Source: Bugula neritina (taxonomy: Eukaryota; Animalia; Bryozoa). Taken from it: a stretch of 64,000 nt of DNA. The DNA lies in the NCBI GenBank assembly GCA_964035545.1, contig OZ037768.1, forward strand, positions 7,348,741 through 7,412,740, written 5' to 3'. Of the stretch, positions 32,801-56,586 are shown piece by piece. Positions within the stretch are counted from its first letter, which is position 1. Every line of letters begins with the position of its first letter. Position numbers and translations under genes: made by a program. The notes under the pieces were generated by a model. It ran no database searches, had not been told where the DNA came from, and saw only the letters and a list, made by a program, of their open reading frames with translations.

Positions 32801-35800
32801 TTAACAGTGCGCTTGTGAGCCTATACAGCATATGGCAAGGCTATGTGCCCTAACTGTAGTGCTAGAACAAGTTAGCTCACTGACCTGCCCAGGTTGTTCG
32901 GCAGCAACAGCAGCGGCAGCTTCTTTAATGCTAGCCCTGTCACCTACACTGCTATAGTCCTCATCTGACGCAACAATGTCGTATGCAGGTTCATCGTCTG
33001 AGAAACTGGAAGTCTTGACGTGCCGGAGAGAGTCTTTTAACTCATTGATGGGTTTACCTGCTGAAACAGTACATTGAGATGACATGATGTTACCAGCAGC
33101 ATAAAATAGCATCTTTATTGAGGAACTAACGTAGATACTCGTACAAACCTGTACAAACTAAGGTAGATACTCGTATAAAAGCTATTCATATGACATACAA
33201 CATTACACAGCTTTATAATACAGCTACATGGTAGGGCTAGTCAACTAGGAAAATGTTTAAATATGATAAATAAATTAACCTATACCAGTTTACTATGCGA
33301 GTGAGGAGACGCTGAGTGGAAATAAACTCACCAGGTTCTGGCAGCCCAGGACTGAGTGCTCCTTGCTGCCGTCTCTTAGCGTCGCTAAGCAAGTCAATAA
33401 TAAGAGTGGCAAACTCCCTCGCATTAAACCTGGCGAGTTTCTGTCGGCCTTGATTGCGAGTCGACGAGAAGTCAGAGCTGACTGGCAGAAACGGCACCGT
33501 CTGGCGGTCGCTGACGTTTGTATTGGGGTTTTTAGTCGACATCCAAACTAAGGGGAATACAATTTTGATATTAACAAGCCTGCTGACATGAATAAGCAGT
33601 CAAAACTGGAACTCATAGAGTGTGAGGGTTTAAATTGTACAACAGTAAAGTTTGCTTCAACAAAATAGAAAAGAAACATCATAATTTGGTTTAAGAGGTT
33701 TTGTTAAAACTAAAATTAGACAAAATATTTTAACACTTATATTTTTGCCAACTTCAAAGCCATTTTCAGAATGTAAAACTAAATTCTGGTTAACATAGCG
33801 ATGAATATAAACAATTTATCAACATCGCTAAATAAACTAAATTTTGAATTTAATGCTACTTTGTCATGTTTTTTCCTGATTTCAGAGTTAGATAATTTTT
33901 TTCTAATAATTGTGTTTCAGAAAATGCAATATTTAAAAAAGCATCGCTTATCTACTAGAAAAATTGTGTCAGCATAAAATGCGCTTACTTGCGTCATTCT
34001 CTCTCCTATCTACTTCATCAAACACGTCCATTGCCAACTCTTCAAATAGATTATGTGGCAGCTGAAATAAACATAAGCAAGTCGAGTTTACAGCAAAAAC
34101 ACAGTTCCACATTTAGAAGCACTTGAAATTTGAACAAACTATATAAAACACGTTTATTACTTATAGCAAAATAAATACACACCGCTTGCAGCTTTTGACG
34201 AGCAGCTTTAGCCAGCTCCGTGACATCAACGCTGTCAGCCATTTCCGGTATGATGAAGTGCTGACCACTCCTGTGGTCTGGTTTACGTGAGCACAAGTAG
34301 TAGGCGAGTGTATCAGTCAACTCAAACTGACACTCCACAAGCCGATGTGCTATGTCAACATGCTGTGACCTGCAAACAGATAAGTATCGTAATGACCAAA
34401 CTAGGTCAATACACACACTGAAGGAAAACCACAAACCTCTGTATTACACTCACTGCGCTTATGGAGTTATAAATGGCAAAAACTAAGTTTCTGACACGAA
34501 TAAGAACAACTTGCCCAGCGTAGTCGGCAGGCGTCTTGCCAAGACTATCGGCAGCACCAGGGTCAGCACCATATACAACTAAGAGCTCCACTTGCAAGCT
34601 CTGTCCAGACTGAGCTGCTACGTGCAATGCCCGGTTACCTCTTTCCTATATCACCAAAAGTCATAAAATACGCAATGGTTTTGTTTGAAATGGGATTCAC
34701 ATCCCAATAAAAGGTTGACAAAGTCAATCAAATTTGAAGATTTAAATTACCCAACAACAGGCTGAGTAAGCAGGTTCAAATGAGACTGCTAAACTATACA
34801 ACATACTAACAACACATTGACATCTCATTTCACTGCTGCCTACCACAGCTGCGTAGAGATTGGCTAGAGCAGTAGACAGTGTAACAAAGGTAATAATGTC
34901 TTACAGGATGCAGGTAGTTGGGGTCAGCACCGAGCGACAGGAGTCGTAGACTCGTCTCCAGGTTGTTAGTCCTCACACTTGAATGGAGTTGCTAGAGAAA
35001 TAATACATCCTGTATGTGGTACTCATTATACTATACACTCTCAGGCACTCAACCAATACATAGTAGCATACATTGCTCTAACATCATCGCTAAACTTGTT
35101 TAGTTCAAAATAGTTTTCAGTAACTTTATAACAGGTATACTAGGTAGAAAGGATACGTATGATCATGTAGGAAGGTCAGAAAAAGGTCATATAAACAGAG
35201 AATAAGCAATGCTATAGAAATTGCATACATTTACATTTCCTTATAAAGACTACCTTGCTAAGATCGGTCACAGTGCCTATATCCTCATCTTTGTATTTCT
35301 TTGTAAAAGCCAAAAACTGATACTTGGCCCGAATAAAGTCCGCTTTTGTAGGGCTAAAAATAACAGACATAAGAGTCCAAGGTCCAAAAATAAAATACAA
35401 TGTATGGCATTGCCAGTTTCTTACTAAAAAATATAGTATTACTAATAAAACTTGATTCACTTTCACTTGATTCATTTTAATGTACATCATTTGCAACACA
35501 TCCTGTACTGCAACTAATGTACCAGTCATAGTTGAGAACATTACCTTCTTTTCTAAAAACCAAATGACATAAAATACAGCGCTAGAAGGATGGTGGGATG
35601 AAACATACTGTAATTGGTCTCTTGGTGATGGTTTGCGCCGGCACTGTTTGTTCAATGTGGGATCAACCAATGAGTATTCCCATATACTATTAGCTCCGCT
35701 GCTAACTAGCTGGTGTACACACTACAACAGGCATACATTATAGTCTGTAAAATACTCTAACTTGTTGAACAAATCCAGTGCTATCAAAACATGCCTAATA

Positions 35801-37975
35801 CTCCAGTTGTATTCACTACTTCCCTCAAACAACACCATTTTAGCATTAGATAATGTGGCCTAGGCTAACTAAAATCAATACTGCACTGGCGATCTAATTA
35901 AAATAGGCTATTTCCAACCTGCGTGAGACAAACTCGAGTAAACCACACCATTTCACTATCTTCAACTACTGTATGTGAGCTTATAAATTGCAAACTTATT
36001 CAGATGTTGATAATTTAATTTAATTCAGAGTGATAATTTAATAGATGAAAGCTTTATTTTGGTTGTCTGTTTAGTACAAGTACTCTAACTAGTCTATAAC
36101 AGAAAATGTACAAGAATATTTAACGACCATCATGTACTAAGGCAGGTGTATTATTTCTTTTCAAGTAAGTATAAGTTCAAGTGGGGGCTGCATATGAACT
36201 ATAAGAGGTGCCTAAACACAGAAACCAAATTTAAAAGAATGATGAAAAACTTGAGCTCAGTGAAATATAGCATTTTTGTGCATGAGCGCATGTACGCTGT
36301 GGTAAATTTAGAAAGAGATTAGGTTGAGCTCCCACTAGAAGCTTTATAAAGATTTGAGACACTGACAGGACGAGACTGAAAAAGAATATTTTACAACCCC
36401 AGAAACACTAGAAATAGAAGAGTTTCTAAAGAAAATGTATTTCAGCACAGAAAGCTTTGGTGCCAGAGTGTATTTAATATTGAAAAGGCTTACTGATAAG
36501 AGAGATGGTGCCCATGAGCCTTTCTTTAGCGATTTCACTTGAGAAATGTGTCTGCCCAGACTTCTGTGGATACTGCAGCACTCGTCACATATGAGCACAC
36601 CTCTGTTGACTGAGGCCCACTTGGGATCTGCAAATGATACAATATTTAACACGGAATATTATGCTGTAAAACAGGTATATGGTTTAGTCTTGGTAGCAAC
36701 AGGCCAACATAAAGTTGATTTATAAATAGTGGAGGATATTTGAGTAAATATTGCACTAGCAATTCAGACTTAAGTGGTCTGAAAACTAGCATTGCAGGTA
36801 TATATTTTACAACATGTATCATGGGAACTATTAATAATGCCAGGTTAATGTTACGTTATGGTTTATACACCAATCACAGTGCTATTAGAAGAACATGTTA
36901 TCAAATCCTTGTACCAACTAGCGACCATGCCGTCTGAAACATTTGGGGCAATACATTCATTCTTATGAAAATAGGTATGTGAAACCCACTAATTATAAAT
37001 ATTCTGCAACAATACTTGATGGTGTATTTTTAATGTTCTGATGCTGCAGAGCAAATTTAGATAAATAATTAAATTTGTTGATTACAGAAAACTTCAAAAA
37101 AATCTCAGCCTGAATGCTAAAGTCTGTTTTGCAAACATATAAAATGTTGATGTTTAATAGCCATCATTGTAAAAAACTACAGTTTTAGTGATCAACACTA
37201 GTGTGAAATCTCTATGAACTAAAATCTTTCGCAGCTAGTTTATAGGTGGATCAAACACAGGTCAAGTGATTCAACTACTGTAAGAAGAAATGGAGCTTTT
37301 ACTTTTTGGTAATTTCAACTGAGTTAGCTTAGCTTAGCCAAAGCGTAATTTAAAAAAAAAACTGTGATATTTCATTATAAAACAGACCATTCAAGCTTAT
37401 TGATTTTAATAGGATTTAGTATACTTCATTTTTAACTTTGCCATAAACTACCAAGTACCTATTATAAAAACTTAATGACTTATGAAAAATTTACAAAAAA
37501 TACCAACAACACATACTTATAGCACACAGCAAATTTCAAAGCAACTTGCAATATTAAATCATAAAGGCAGCTAGAATTGTGAAATGAATAGGCTGTCAAT
37601 ATACGTGTAACACCATTATACAGCCTACTACAGTAACAATACCACAGCTTATCAGGTAGAAGCAAATTTGGCAAATTGAACAGCAGAAAAATGATAACCG
37701 ATTCTGAATAAATGTAAAGGCAATTCAAAACAGGCACCTTATTTATTCCAAACCCCACTAGACCTATTAATGGCCAAAAGCTCGATTGCAATTAAATTCA
37801 TTAGTAATGTAACTAATTATTTATTAATAACTTAATTTTAGCTTTACTAAAGGGAGAAAAACTGATACTAGGTAAACAAAATTTTTAGTCTAAATGCAAA
37901 TAAGTACAATTGCTTACCTGGTGCAGAACAGTCAGCACACAACTCAGAAGCTGCACGAACCGGCCCTCGAGACAT
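29870..37975 (-). CDS. GIT: ARF GTPase-activating protein GIT (GIT1/2 ortholog), multi-exon
   Basis: ATG 37975 [46 protein letters not shown] (ArfGAP Zn finger); ankyrin repeats (HVAAQSGQSLQVELLVVYGADP); SHD repeats (RNQGRQKLARFNAREFATLIIDLLSDAKRRQ); C-terminal paxillin-binding AYDIAKAAK. Confidence 0.95.
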
Positions 37976-40332
37976 GTCAACAACCATCAGACTAATGACA
38001 ATTGGACCAATCACTTGCTGCTAAGTAGAATCCAAACAAAGCAAAGTTATAGTTGTTGTTAGCAGCTGCTTTGTTTCTTCTCACAACTAGTAGGCAGCTC
38101 GACTTAAAATTTGCACCAATGCTTGCTTGAGCTAAGACTTCAATTAACATTTAGAACTAAAACCATTCTATTGCCATTGAAATTATTTTGTTTCGAAAGA
38201 TTGCTCAGTTTGCAAAATATGCTAACACATTTTTTGTTGAAAATGTGTTTAGCTCTAAATTCTAAAGTTGATGTAATAATTATAGTAAATGCAATAGTTA
38301 TTGTATTTTAGTGAATTACCAAAGGATAACTATTGCAATGATTTTCTATTGAAAAGCAAAACCAACTTCTTAACAATAGCATTAACCCAGTGATTAAGTT
38401 TAACTGTAATTTGTTTCAACATTTTAACAAATTGAATATAATCAATCACATACTCATACTCATAGTCATAGTAATTAATTTTTAACGAAGCTAATATAGT
38501 AATAAAAATAATACGGTCGCGATTGTAACAGTAAGATGAATAAATATTCATACCATTAACATACTCATAAAAAAAACTAAAAGTCAAAACGAAAATCAAA
38601 ATGATACAGTTGTCGACTTGTCGTTGACCTGTTGAGTAGGCGTAGCAGTTAAACCAGTAAAGACTAAAGAGTAAGTGAATCATGCAACTGTAAATGTAAC
38701 AATGATGACTATGACTATCACTATGAGTAATGATTATAATCATAATGATATTGATAAATGACAATAATTAATCATGATGATAATCATAATAATGAATTAC
38801 ATTGAACTGATTGAAGACTGAAATTCAATTTGAAAACTAGTCTTAACTCTTATGACTATTGACTATTGAGGTACCTAAAACTAAAAGTAAAACCATACCT
38901 ACTACCTAGTATAAGACCATATGGCTAGACCATATGGATATAGCTATAGAATGATTAATATTTAATGGTATCCGTGTTACTGATTAATAGTAATTACAAG
39001 TCTAATAGTAATAGTAATACTAATAGTAATAGTAATAGCATTACTTATAATTATACTAACTGCTGTAGGATTTTCTATTTATTAGTTGATATTGATGTCA
39101 CTTCCTATTTGAACGGTTTTCTTTTCACAATGACCTCTTACTTCGATTAACCGTTGTACCAATATTATAACAGCCTACCCGATGTCGATGAACTCACTGA
39201 TGGTAATAATTTGTAGAAACCTGCATAGGTTTTTTTTACTCATTCATCGAACTAAAGTAAAAGTGGTTTAATTTATCCACTTATTGTTTGTATTAGTAAG
39301 TTCAAAGTGTCAGTATTCCAGTATTAGTCTTTTTTGTGAGTATCACTATAAAAGAGCTAAATTTTACTCTTGACAATTATTTATATTATTATTATATTTA
39401 TTATGATTATCAGCTAATTAATATTATGATTAATCATAATCATTATGATTATCATTATGATTATGGCAATCGCCCGCAATGTGAGTGATTATGGTGATCT
39501 CATAATGAAAATGACAATAGCAAATTCAAAGGTGATGCATTTAGTTTTACTCTTTAGTCTTTAGTTTTACAATAATTATAATTGATAAATTATAAATTAA
39601 TAATTATAATACTTAATTTTATATTTTAATTTAGTTTTACTAAATTACCATTAGTATAAGTATCACTACTAAATATAAAATTTACTTACTTATAGTTATA
39701 CTATTACTTATCTTAGATACTAATACTTATATTACAGTTTTGCTGTTAGTACAAGTATTAGTGTCTAAGATTTTAACATGACTTAATTTTTCTTTTAGTT
39801 TTTCTCTTAGTCTAACTTTAAGTCTTACTCTTACAATATGAATAACTATAACTATAATTTAAGGATATTCTTATGCTGAGCCTAAGACTGGTCAGCAATA
39901 AGTATCAGTGTATATATATGTGGACATTTGGCAACAAAGTTCAATGCTAAAAGTGAAATACTAATACTAATAGTTTCACAATGAGTATGAAAATCACGGT
40001 GCCACTTTCACATTGTGCGACAACCTATATTTATGATTAAGATTATTTGTCTACTATAAGTATATAATCCTATTATATTTTTTCTTTTGAAAGATAGTTA
40101 AATATTAAAATTCTATAAAATATTTTATGGCAATTCAAATTGAATTGCGGTTACTGAAAAAAAGTCATATCTATACTGAATTACACCAACACAATTATAT
40201 TAATTTATTACTATCTACTATTTCAAAATTTATATAATATGTTTTGTACAAAAACTTTGAGGTTTCAATGTTTTAAAACCTTACTTGTTGCTATAGTTGT
40301 ACTTGTATATATGTCTATTTTTGTAAACAGTA

Positions 40333-43300
40333 ATGGCCTCATCAGTTCACCTTCAGCTTCAAGAGTTGTTGGAAAGCTCTCTAAATTTACCAATGTGTCA
40401 TTTCATTAATACTGAAGTCAAGTATAAAAACGAGAATAAGGATCAACACGATAAGGTATAATTAGATGTGCACTCATCAGTATCTATCCTTCCTATAGTT
40501 GTCTGTCATAACACGTAAACAGGAATGTAATGAACGTATTTTCAAAAATAAATAGTCTTTAGTGTATATTTATAAGCATTTTGTCGATAAGGATACCAGC
40601 TACTGTTTTATTACTATTATATTATCTTGATTGGGATTATTTAATTTGATTAGTTGCCAAAATAATTTAAAATCTAGATGAGAGTAAAACATATTATAAT
40701 TACTTATTTACTATGTGTTGTGGATTCAAAAGTTTAATACATACATTTATACTACAAGTAAGAGTATAATAGATTAAAGTATGGCAAGTCTATAGTTAGT
40801 ATTGCCAATTTATGTATTTTAAAAATTAATGTAGGCCTGTTAGTCTGCAAAACCAATAATTATCAAAATATTTTAGGCAGTTCTATGCGTTACTGAATAT
40901 GAATGTAAAGAATATTTTGGTTGGTCTTTAAGCATAGTGAGAGATCAGTTGCTTCATTCTACTGAGCATTCTCCTAGTGTAAGTATCAAGTACATTAACT
41001 GTGTGTCTAATAGCATGCAGTCTTATCATGCAGTATACCTGTTAGCCTACATCTACAATTGGCTCAATTTAAAAACCTGGTATGTTTATGTAACGTATGG
41101 AAAAAAATTAGAATTTCCTAGTGAATTACTTTCAAGCTAGTCTATCCCTTTGACAGAAAATAGTTATGGTGGCTTATTTTATGTTCCAAAAAATACAAGC
41201 AAACAATGTTTGTTATATAAAATATAAACTTGGTATTTAAAAGCAGAAGTCTTAAATTTGAAGTTTTCAGTATCTTTCAGGCCAAATTTTCTATGATCTA
41301 TCTCAAAAAAACGTTTATAATAAACAAAGATAGAAGCATAGTATGGAACTACTGGCCATAACATGTATTTTGCAGTCTTAGGAACATTCTGTGTGAAATT
41401 TATCGTTTTTCTTGCAGAGTGATGGCGTAGACTTTGACAAGTTTCTTTCTCGAGCTAATATAGTTTCCAGCAGCCGGTTCCTACTTTCTATAAAGGCTGA
41501 AGTTCTCTCTGTTAAATCCATACCTTTGAAAAGAGTACCTGGTAACTATGAATTTTATTTATTTGGGGATGAAATAATAATGGTTTTTATGACCTACTGA
41601 AAAGCATAATGGTATAAATAATTTTGATAAGTAATATTAATAGCTCAATTTCTGGCTGGCAACAATGTTCATCTACTACATAACGTGATGGAGTTTATTT
41701 TAACATTAAAGTTTATATTTCATTTCTTTTTAGATACATTCCGGCAAGAAATCAATTCCTTGATTTTGCCATACCTGTTAGTTGAAGTTAACATTAGAAC
41801 TACTGTCGGGCGGTATATAACCTTATATGGTGACAGCTTGAAGCATTGCCCTTTTATAATTGGAGTGGTATACTGCATGTCTAATGTTGAAGTTACTTTA
41901 ACCAAACCCCATATTGCTTGGATAGGCCGTCTCTGTCAGTCACATGTAGTGGATATTCAAAATCATATTCCTGGGTTAGTAGAGCTTCTGCAGCTTTTGT
42001 TGACTAATGTTTTGTTTTAATGCATGAAATTAATTTACTGTATTCATTTATTGTATATATAGCCAATTGAATTTAATGGTTATAGTCAATTTTATCACCT
42101 GAGTTCAGTAGTTGCTCTATTTGAAATTGTGATTTTTCCCTCCAATATTATCAGTTATTCACTCTTAGAGATGTTCATTTGCGTCAACTAATTTATGTTA
42201 TTATTTTCATGTGATTCATATTTTCAAGCTAGCGAGGTTTTTTGTTACAATAGTATTTACTCAATTTAATACAAGTTCTACCGTTTCTTTTTAGAATCAG
42301 TAACATCTCTGAACCAGCTGGTAGAAAGTCTGTGTTGATGTGGAATATATTACACACAGCCAACTCATCTGAAGTATTTCTCATTAAGGCGAGAATTCTT
42401 AAATTAATAAAATTAGAATTTTTCATTGATATGAAAAAAGATTCTATTGAGGATGAATCTCAAGACCGGAAACTTTCCTCTAAACTAGTGTGAGTTATGA
42501 AATAATGTGTATATAATACCATGTGTACTCTTTAGCTTGATGATATAGCATTGTACTACACAAGAAGCAAAAGTTGCATAATAAGAGATAAAAAAGCAAA
42601 ATAAGATAATATGCAACTTAATCTTTATACGTAACACTTGATATCCTTGTATTTCGTACAGTATTCCCTATAGCTTGTTCATGGGATGGTTTATCAGTTT
42701 ACAGTAATTTCTGGCTGGTTTTTAGATACATTAAAAAATTAATTAATCTCTTCTACTCTGCTATGCTTTTTGACAAAAATATTACAGCGTCAGCCTAACA
42801 TAGTATATTTCTAAAAATAATGTATGTCTATCTTAGTAAAGTTCTCTAAATTTTAAATTGTGTTTTAGGATGTCAATGGACGATTCTAGTTGTGGGTTTC
42901 TGGGTATCTGCTACGATCATGTCGTAGCCTATGTTCTTGGTTTGAGTAAACAAGCCTGGGCCGAGATCAAAATATATGTCAAGAAAACCGGACCAATTTC
43001 ATCAACTATGGTAAAGTGACGGCCATTTTACCATATTATCTTAATAGTTTAGTGATTTCTCTTTCAATATAGACTTGTGTATATTTTATTGTAAAACAAC
43101 TAAAAGATCCTTGCTGCTCTTTTATCTATTTTATATAGAAACACTAATTTACTAGATTATCGAATATATCAATGTAATATCAAGCATCCATCTCTAATGT
43201 GTTTCCAGTATTCTATTTTTTACATTTATACATGAAAGTAGGCATGCATTACTATATGACACAAATAGCGTTGAACTTAATTTTGCTAATATATATGCTT

Positions 43301-44165
43301 ATGGACATATTTTTATGAACATGAAATTATTTTGTATATTTATAGATGCCTTCAGATGAAGAAAATGTTATGGAATCATTACTGAGACGCTGCTTCAAAC
43401 GAAAGAGTTTGCAGAATAGTAGAGAAATGCTGATATCAGTTCTTAAAGAGTCGAATCAACATGCTCTGTCTGCTGCAGGTTAGCCACAGTTATATACTTA
43501 TACTCTGTTACGCTATAACTGTGACACAATAATGATTGGCAGAGCCAGGTCCAAGTCACATTGACTTGAAATTATTTGCTAGATGCATGCTACTAACTAC
43601 CAATTTCTATTGCATTGTTTTACATAAAATTAATGCATTGTATATATTCACTTAATCAAGAACATGCAAGTCAATTTAAATTTATACTAATTGACTTCAA
43701 AATATTTTTATCCGATCCATGACTTGGCTTCACTTGATAGACTTAACTTGACTTGCTGTGACTTGGACCCTGCTCTAATGATTAGTGCTACATCAGTTTT
43801 AATTCGTTGGTTATAAGATCTACATTCAATGCACAATTCAAAATGGACTTCTCTGAGAAAGGCTCTCCAATCACTTTAGCTTAAGTTCTAGGATTAATTT
43901 GCAACAAAGTACAACAATATAAAAGCGTTGGTTGTGTGCCCCTCCCTATTGTTTAAAGCAGATTTAGACTTGTAGTTTTTTGAGAACCACTTTTTACAGT
44001 TATTGGAAATCACAAAATTTGAGTTTCAGTGACTGATGATGTTATCAACTTGTAGAAAAGACAGTACCATTCAGAGCTTGTGTTGATCAACATCAAGGTA
44101 CCTGGGCTACATTTAAAACGAAAGTTCATAAATCGGCTACAGTAAAGATCATCACTACTCAGTAG
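40333..44165 (+). CDS. Short CTC1-like OB-fold protein, 8 exons (40333-40455, 40877-40978, 41418-41541, 41734-41974, 42295-42489, 42869-43010, 43346-43478, 44056-44165), 389 aa
   Basis: Eight GT-AG-bounded exons with mutually consistent phases give a 1170-nt ORF. MDDSSCGFLGICYDHVVAYVLGLSKQAWAEIKIYVKKTGPI resembles the human CTC1 C-terminal [41 protein letters not shown] (recalled). The last exon is less certain. Confidence 0.65.
43540..43777. mobile_element. hAT-like MITE (238 bp) in an intron
   Basis: TIRs CAGAGCCAGGTCCAAGTCACA / TGTGACTTGGACCCTGCTCTA; 8-bp TSD ATGATTGG/ATGATTAG; subterminal GACTTG repeats. Confidence 0.75.
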
Positions 44166-44765
44166 GTATTTGGAAGAAATGTTAACAATCTGAATGTTGC
44201 ATTGTTTAAATTTTTAAAAATCTCTATTTTACTAACATTCTAGTTTTCCCTAATTGACTGAGCAGATTTTGTGTGTACTTTGCTCTTGAAGGGCTGTTTT
44301 TAGGCTGCAAATTGGCTTTTAGGTGGGCTAAATATCTACTTCCAGTTACAAATATGGAATTTTTAATTCTTTAAACTTAGCTCACAAATTATTTCCCCAA
44401 TATTCAATACATTTAGCAAATGCCAGTGACTAATACACAATTTTCAGTCTTATCTAACCTTGAAATTAACTAACCAATATATTTTGTTAACAGCTCTAAT
44501 GATTCAAAACCATTCTAGTTTGTTAATCATTCAGTAATCAACAGCTTTTCTCTTCTATGCCATAAACAGATGAAAATAGATTTACATCATCTCATTTTAA
44601 ATGATAACAAAGAAGTCCTATAGGTATGTCATGATATTTAGGCACATTTTTTATTGTCTGTCCTATGACAAGTGAATATTGATTTCAAAAGGTGTTAGGC
44701 AATAGATGCCCTCTAAATTATGTCTTCCATTTGTTCTATTTAGGTATTGATCATCCACTGCCAAA

Positions 44766-45517
44766 ATGGCCAATGAACTTCATTCCCATTTCATTACTTT
44801 TTGTAACTTTGGAGTTGGAACTGGTGCTGGAAAAACTACAATGAGTGACAAGAATTTAAAGAAGCTGTTCAAGGACTGCCATCTATATGGGAAGTCATTG
44901 ACGGTTACAGATACAGATATTGCTTTCAGCAAAGTGAAAACCTTAGGGAAAAAGTGTGTTATTTATAAAAAATCATAGAGGGCATATTATTATACTGAAT
45001 TTCCAACACTCCATAATTTGTACTCCATTTAAGGCTAAGTAGATTTTACAATAACTATTGTAGAGAAATAACGTTTGATGAGTTTGATAGATTGTTGCAT
45101 GAGGTTTCTCCAAAGTTTGCAAAGGATCACAAGCTAAGAGACAACGAGGATGCTTTTAACATGATGTTACAAGTCATAGCTTCTGGTGGACCTTCATTAG
45201 CTGGCACAACTGTGAGTGTAGACACAAGATATTTCTAACCTGATGCTCTAGGCCTGAGTCATTCAGATATTAAGTTATTATTTGGATTCTTTATTTGTGT
45301 TGCTTACTTTGATAGCTTGCATTTCTTGCAGGGAGTTAGTAAAACTGGGGGAGTAGAAAGAATGACTGATCATACACATTACACAGGAAGCCACAAGGAG
45401 AGGTTTGATGATACTGGAAAGGGCAAAGGGTTAGAAGGCAGGACGTCTTCACAACCTGATCATGGCTATGTCGGCAACTATAAAGGGGCAGGCACCTATG
45501 ATAAGACACACAACTAG
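44766..45517 (+). CDS. TPPP: Tubulin polymerization-promoting protein (p25-alpha family); exons 44766-44953, 45064-45211, 45332-45517
   Basis: MSDKNLKKLFKDC, TDTDIAFSKVK, RMTDHTHYTGSHKERFDDTGKGKGLEGR, GYVGNYKGAGTYDK. Confidence 0.95.
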
Positions 45518-45944
45518 TAGCAACACATACTTTTACATGAGTGAAACTTGGAAAACATTGACAAGAAGATATTGTGATTTTTGCAATTTATATTTCTAAA
45601 CTATCAACAACAAAATAAACAGCTCTATCACCAATGTTTTAAAGAACATTAAACTTGGTATACGAGCATTGAAAATAAATATTTTGTATAAATATAATAG
45701 ATAAATAGCTTTAAGTTGATTACATTAATTGATTTGAATCGAAGACCACCAGTAAAGTAAAATTAAACAAAATAACTAATTTGCAGATCAAAAAACCTCA
45801 TGACTAGAATATAATGGGCATCATCTACTCTTTAAGCCTTTATATATTTTTAATGCACTCAAAAAATAATCAAATAATTTAATATAAAACTTAATATCAC
45901 CAAATTATTAGCACATCTTTCAGTTGGCCATCAACCATCAATCG

Positions 45945-55246
<9,302 letters not shown>

Positions 55247-56057
55247 GATCTTATGAAGTGTAGGACCAAGAACCAGCGAATAATCAGAATTTAGTTTGGC
55301 GTCTCTGTTCAGAACTACTACTGAACCCCAAACAAGTTTGTTTTTCTCTTGTAGAATTTCTTGCTAGAATGTACCTGACAGCAAAAAAAAACAAACAACA
55401 TCAATAGCAAATACTTGAATGTAAATTCTATCGACAATAATCATCATCTCTACAAATTTATCAATCACAATTTAAAATACTAAGCAAGAGATAAAAAGCT
55501 TTAAACAAAATACAAATTAATAGAACGTTTACATTAAAAAATATCCAGTTGAGCAAAAATTTAAGAATATTTATAATTTCAGCTAAATAAACACAAAATT
55601 TTTTACTCAAATGCTATATTAATGAAAAGGTAAATTTTACACTCTAAAAAATAACTCAAAAATGGTTCACTGACTTCTATCAAAACTAAAAGTGAATGAC
55701 AAGTAATGAGTATGATATTAGTAATAAAACTAACAAAAAACAGTCAACCAATGCATCATTTTTTTATTTTAATGTTCTGGAGTTTCTGTTTAGTTAGTAA
55801 GTTACAATGATAGAATTTACTGTAAATTATGTTTACTTTACTATAAATAACATGATATAAGAAAAAATTTGTGAAATCAATAGTTATTTACTTATAATGA
55901 TAATAATTACTAATGAGTATAACTCTACAAATACTACTAAGTCTAATAACAATAAATTTACAAATATCCGTATCATAATCATAGTAATAACTACAATTAT
56001 TACTCTTACTCTTATCGTGTGTCTATTATAAAACTAAAAACCTACATCGCCATGACC

Positions 56058-56586
56058 GGGTGCAGGTCATTTCGTACACAAATCATTCCGTACCCACATT
56101 TTCAAGTCGTTTCGTACACATCTGATAGGTTGTTTTGTTCGCATCAATATAAATGAACAAAAAGAAAAACACATATTTTTATATTTATTTATTATTTGAT
56201 GTATGAGTCATACAGTAGCTGAAGGCCTACTGTTTACAAGTAACTTGCACATTTCATTCCATCACACACTTATTGATATTTATTAATGTGATATGTAGGT
56301 GTTAGAGGGGAACTGTTCTTTTGGTTTAGATATTGTCATCAGTAGGTGGCAGCACATAGTTAATTAGTATATATATTTTTTGTTTCAAAAACGTACTGAG
56401 AGAGGGAGAGAGCTGGGATGCAATGATTTAGTAAAAAAACTAGTAAGTAAACTAGTATCATTCAACTTCAAGTGGTTATCTAGTGGATTAATTCATTATT
56501 AATTTTGTGTATGAAATGGACAGCAGTTTGTGTACGAAACGATCATTTTGTATACGAAACGGCTTGTGTAAAAAAGACAATAACTC
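56058..56586. mobile_element. MITE family A copy 2 (opposite orientation to 4872-5324)
   Basis: Starts GGGTGCAGGTCATTTCGTACAC. Internal blocks (AAGTGGTTATC.AGT.GATT, GCTGGGATGCAAT) are reverse complements of copy 1. GCCATGAC(C/T) is duplicated on both flanks (8-9-bp TSD). Confidence 0.75.

Noticed and set aside
38111-39150. ORFs 38111-38311, 38330-38764, 38965-39150 and similarly 4251-4436
   Set aside because: Ile/Asn/Ser-rich translations of low-complexity AT-rich sequence.
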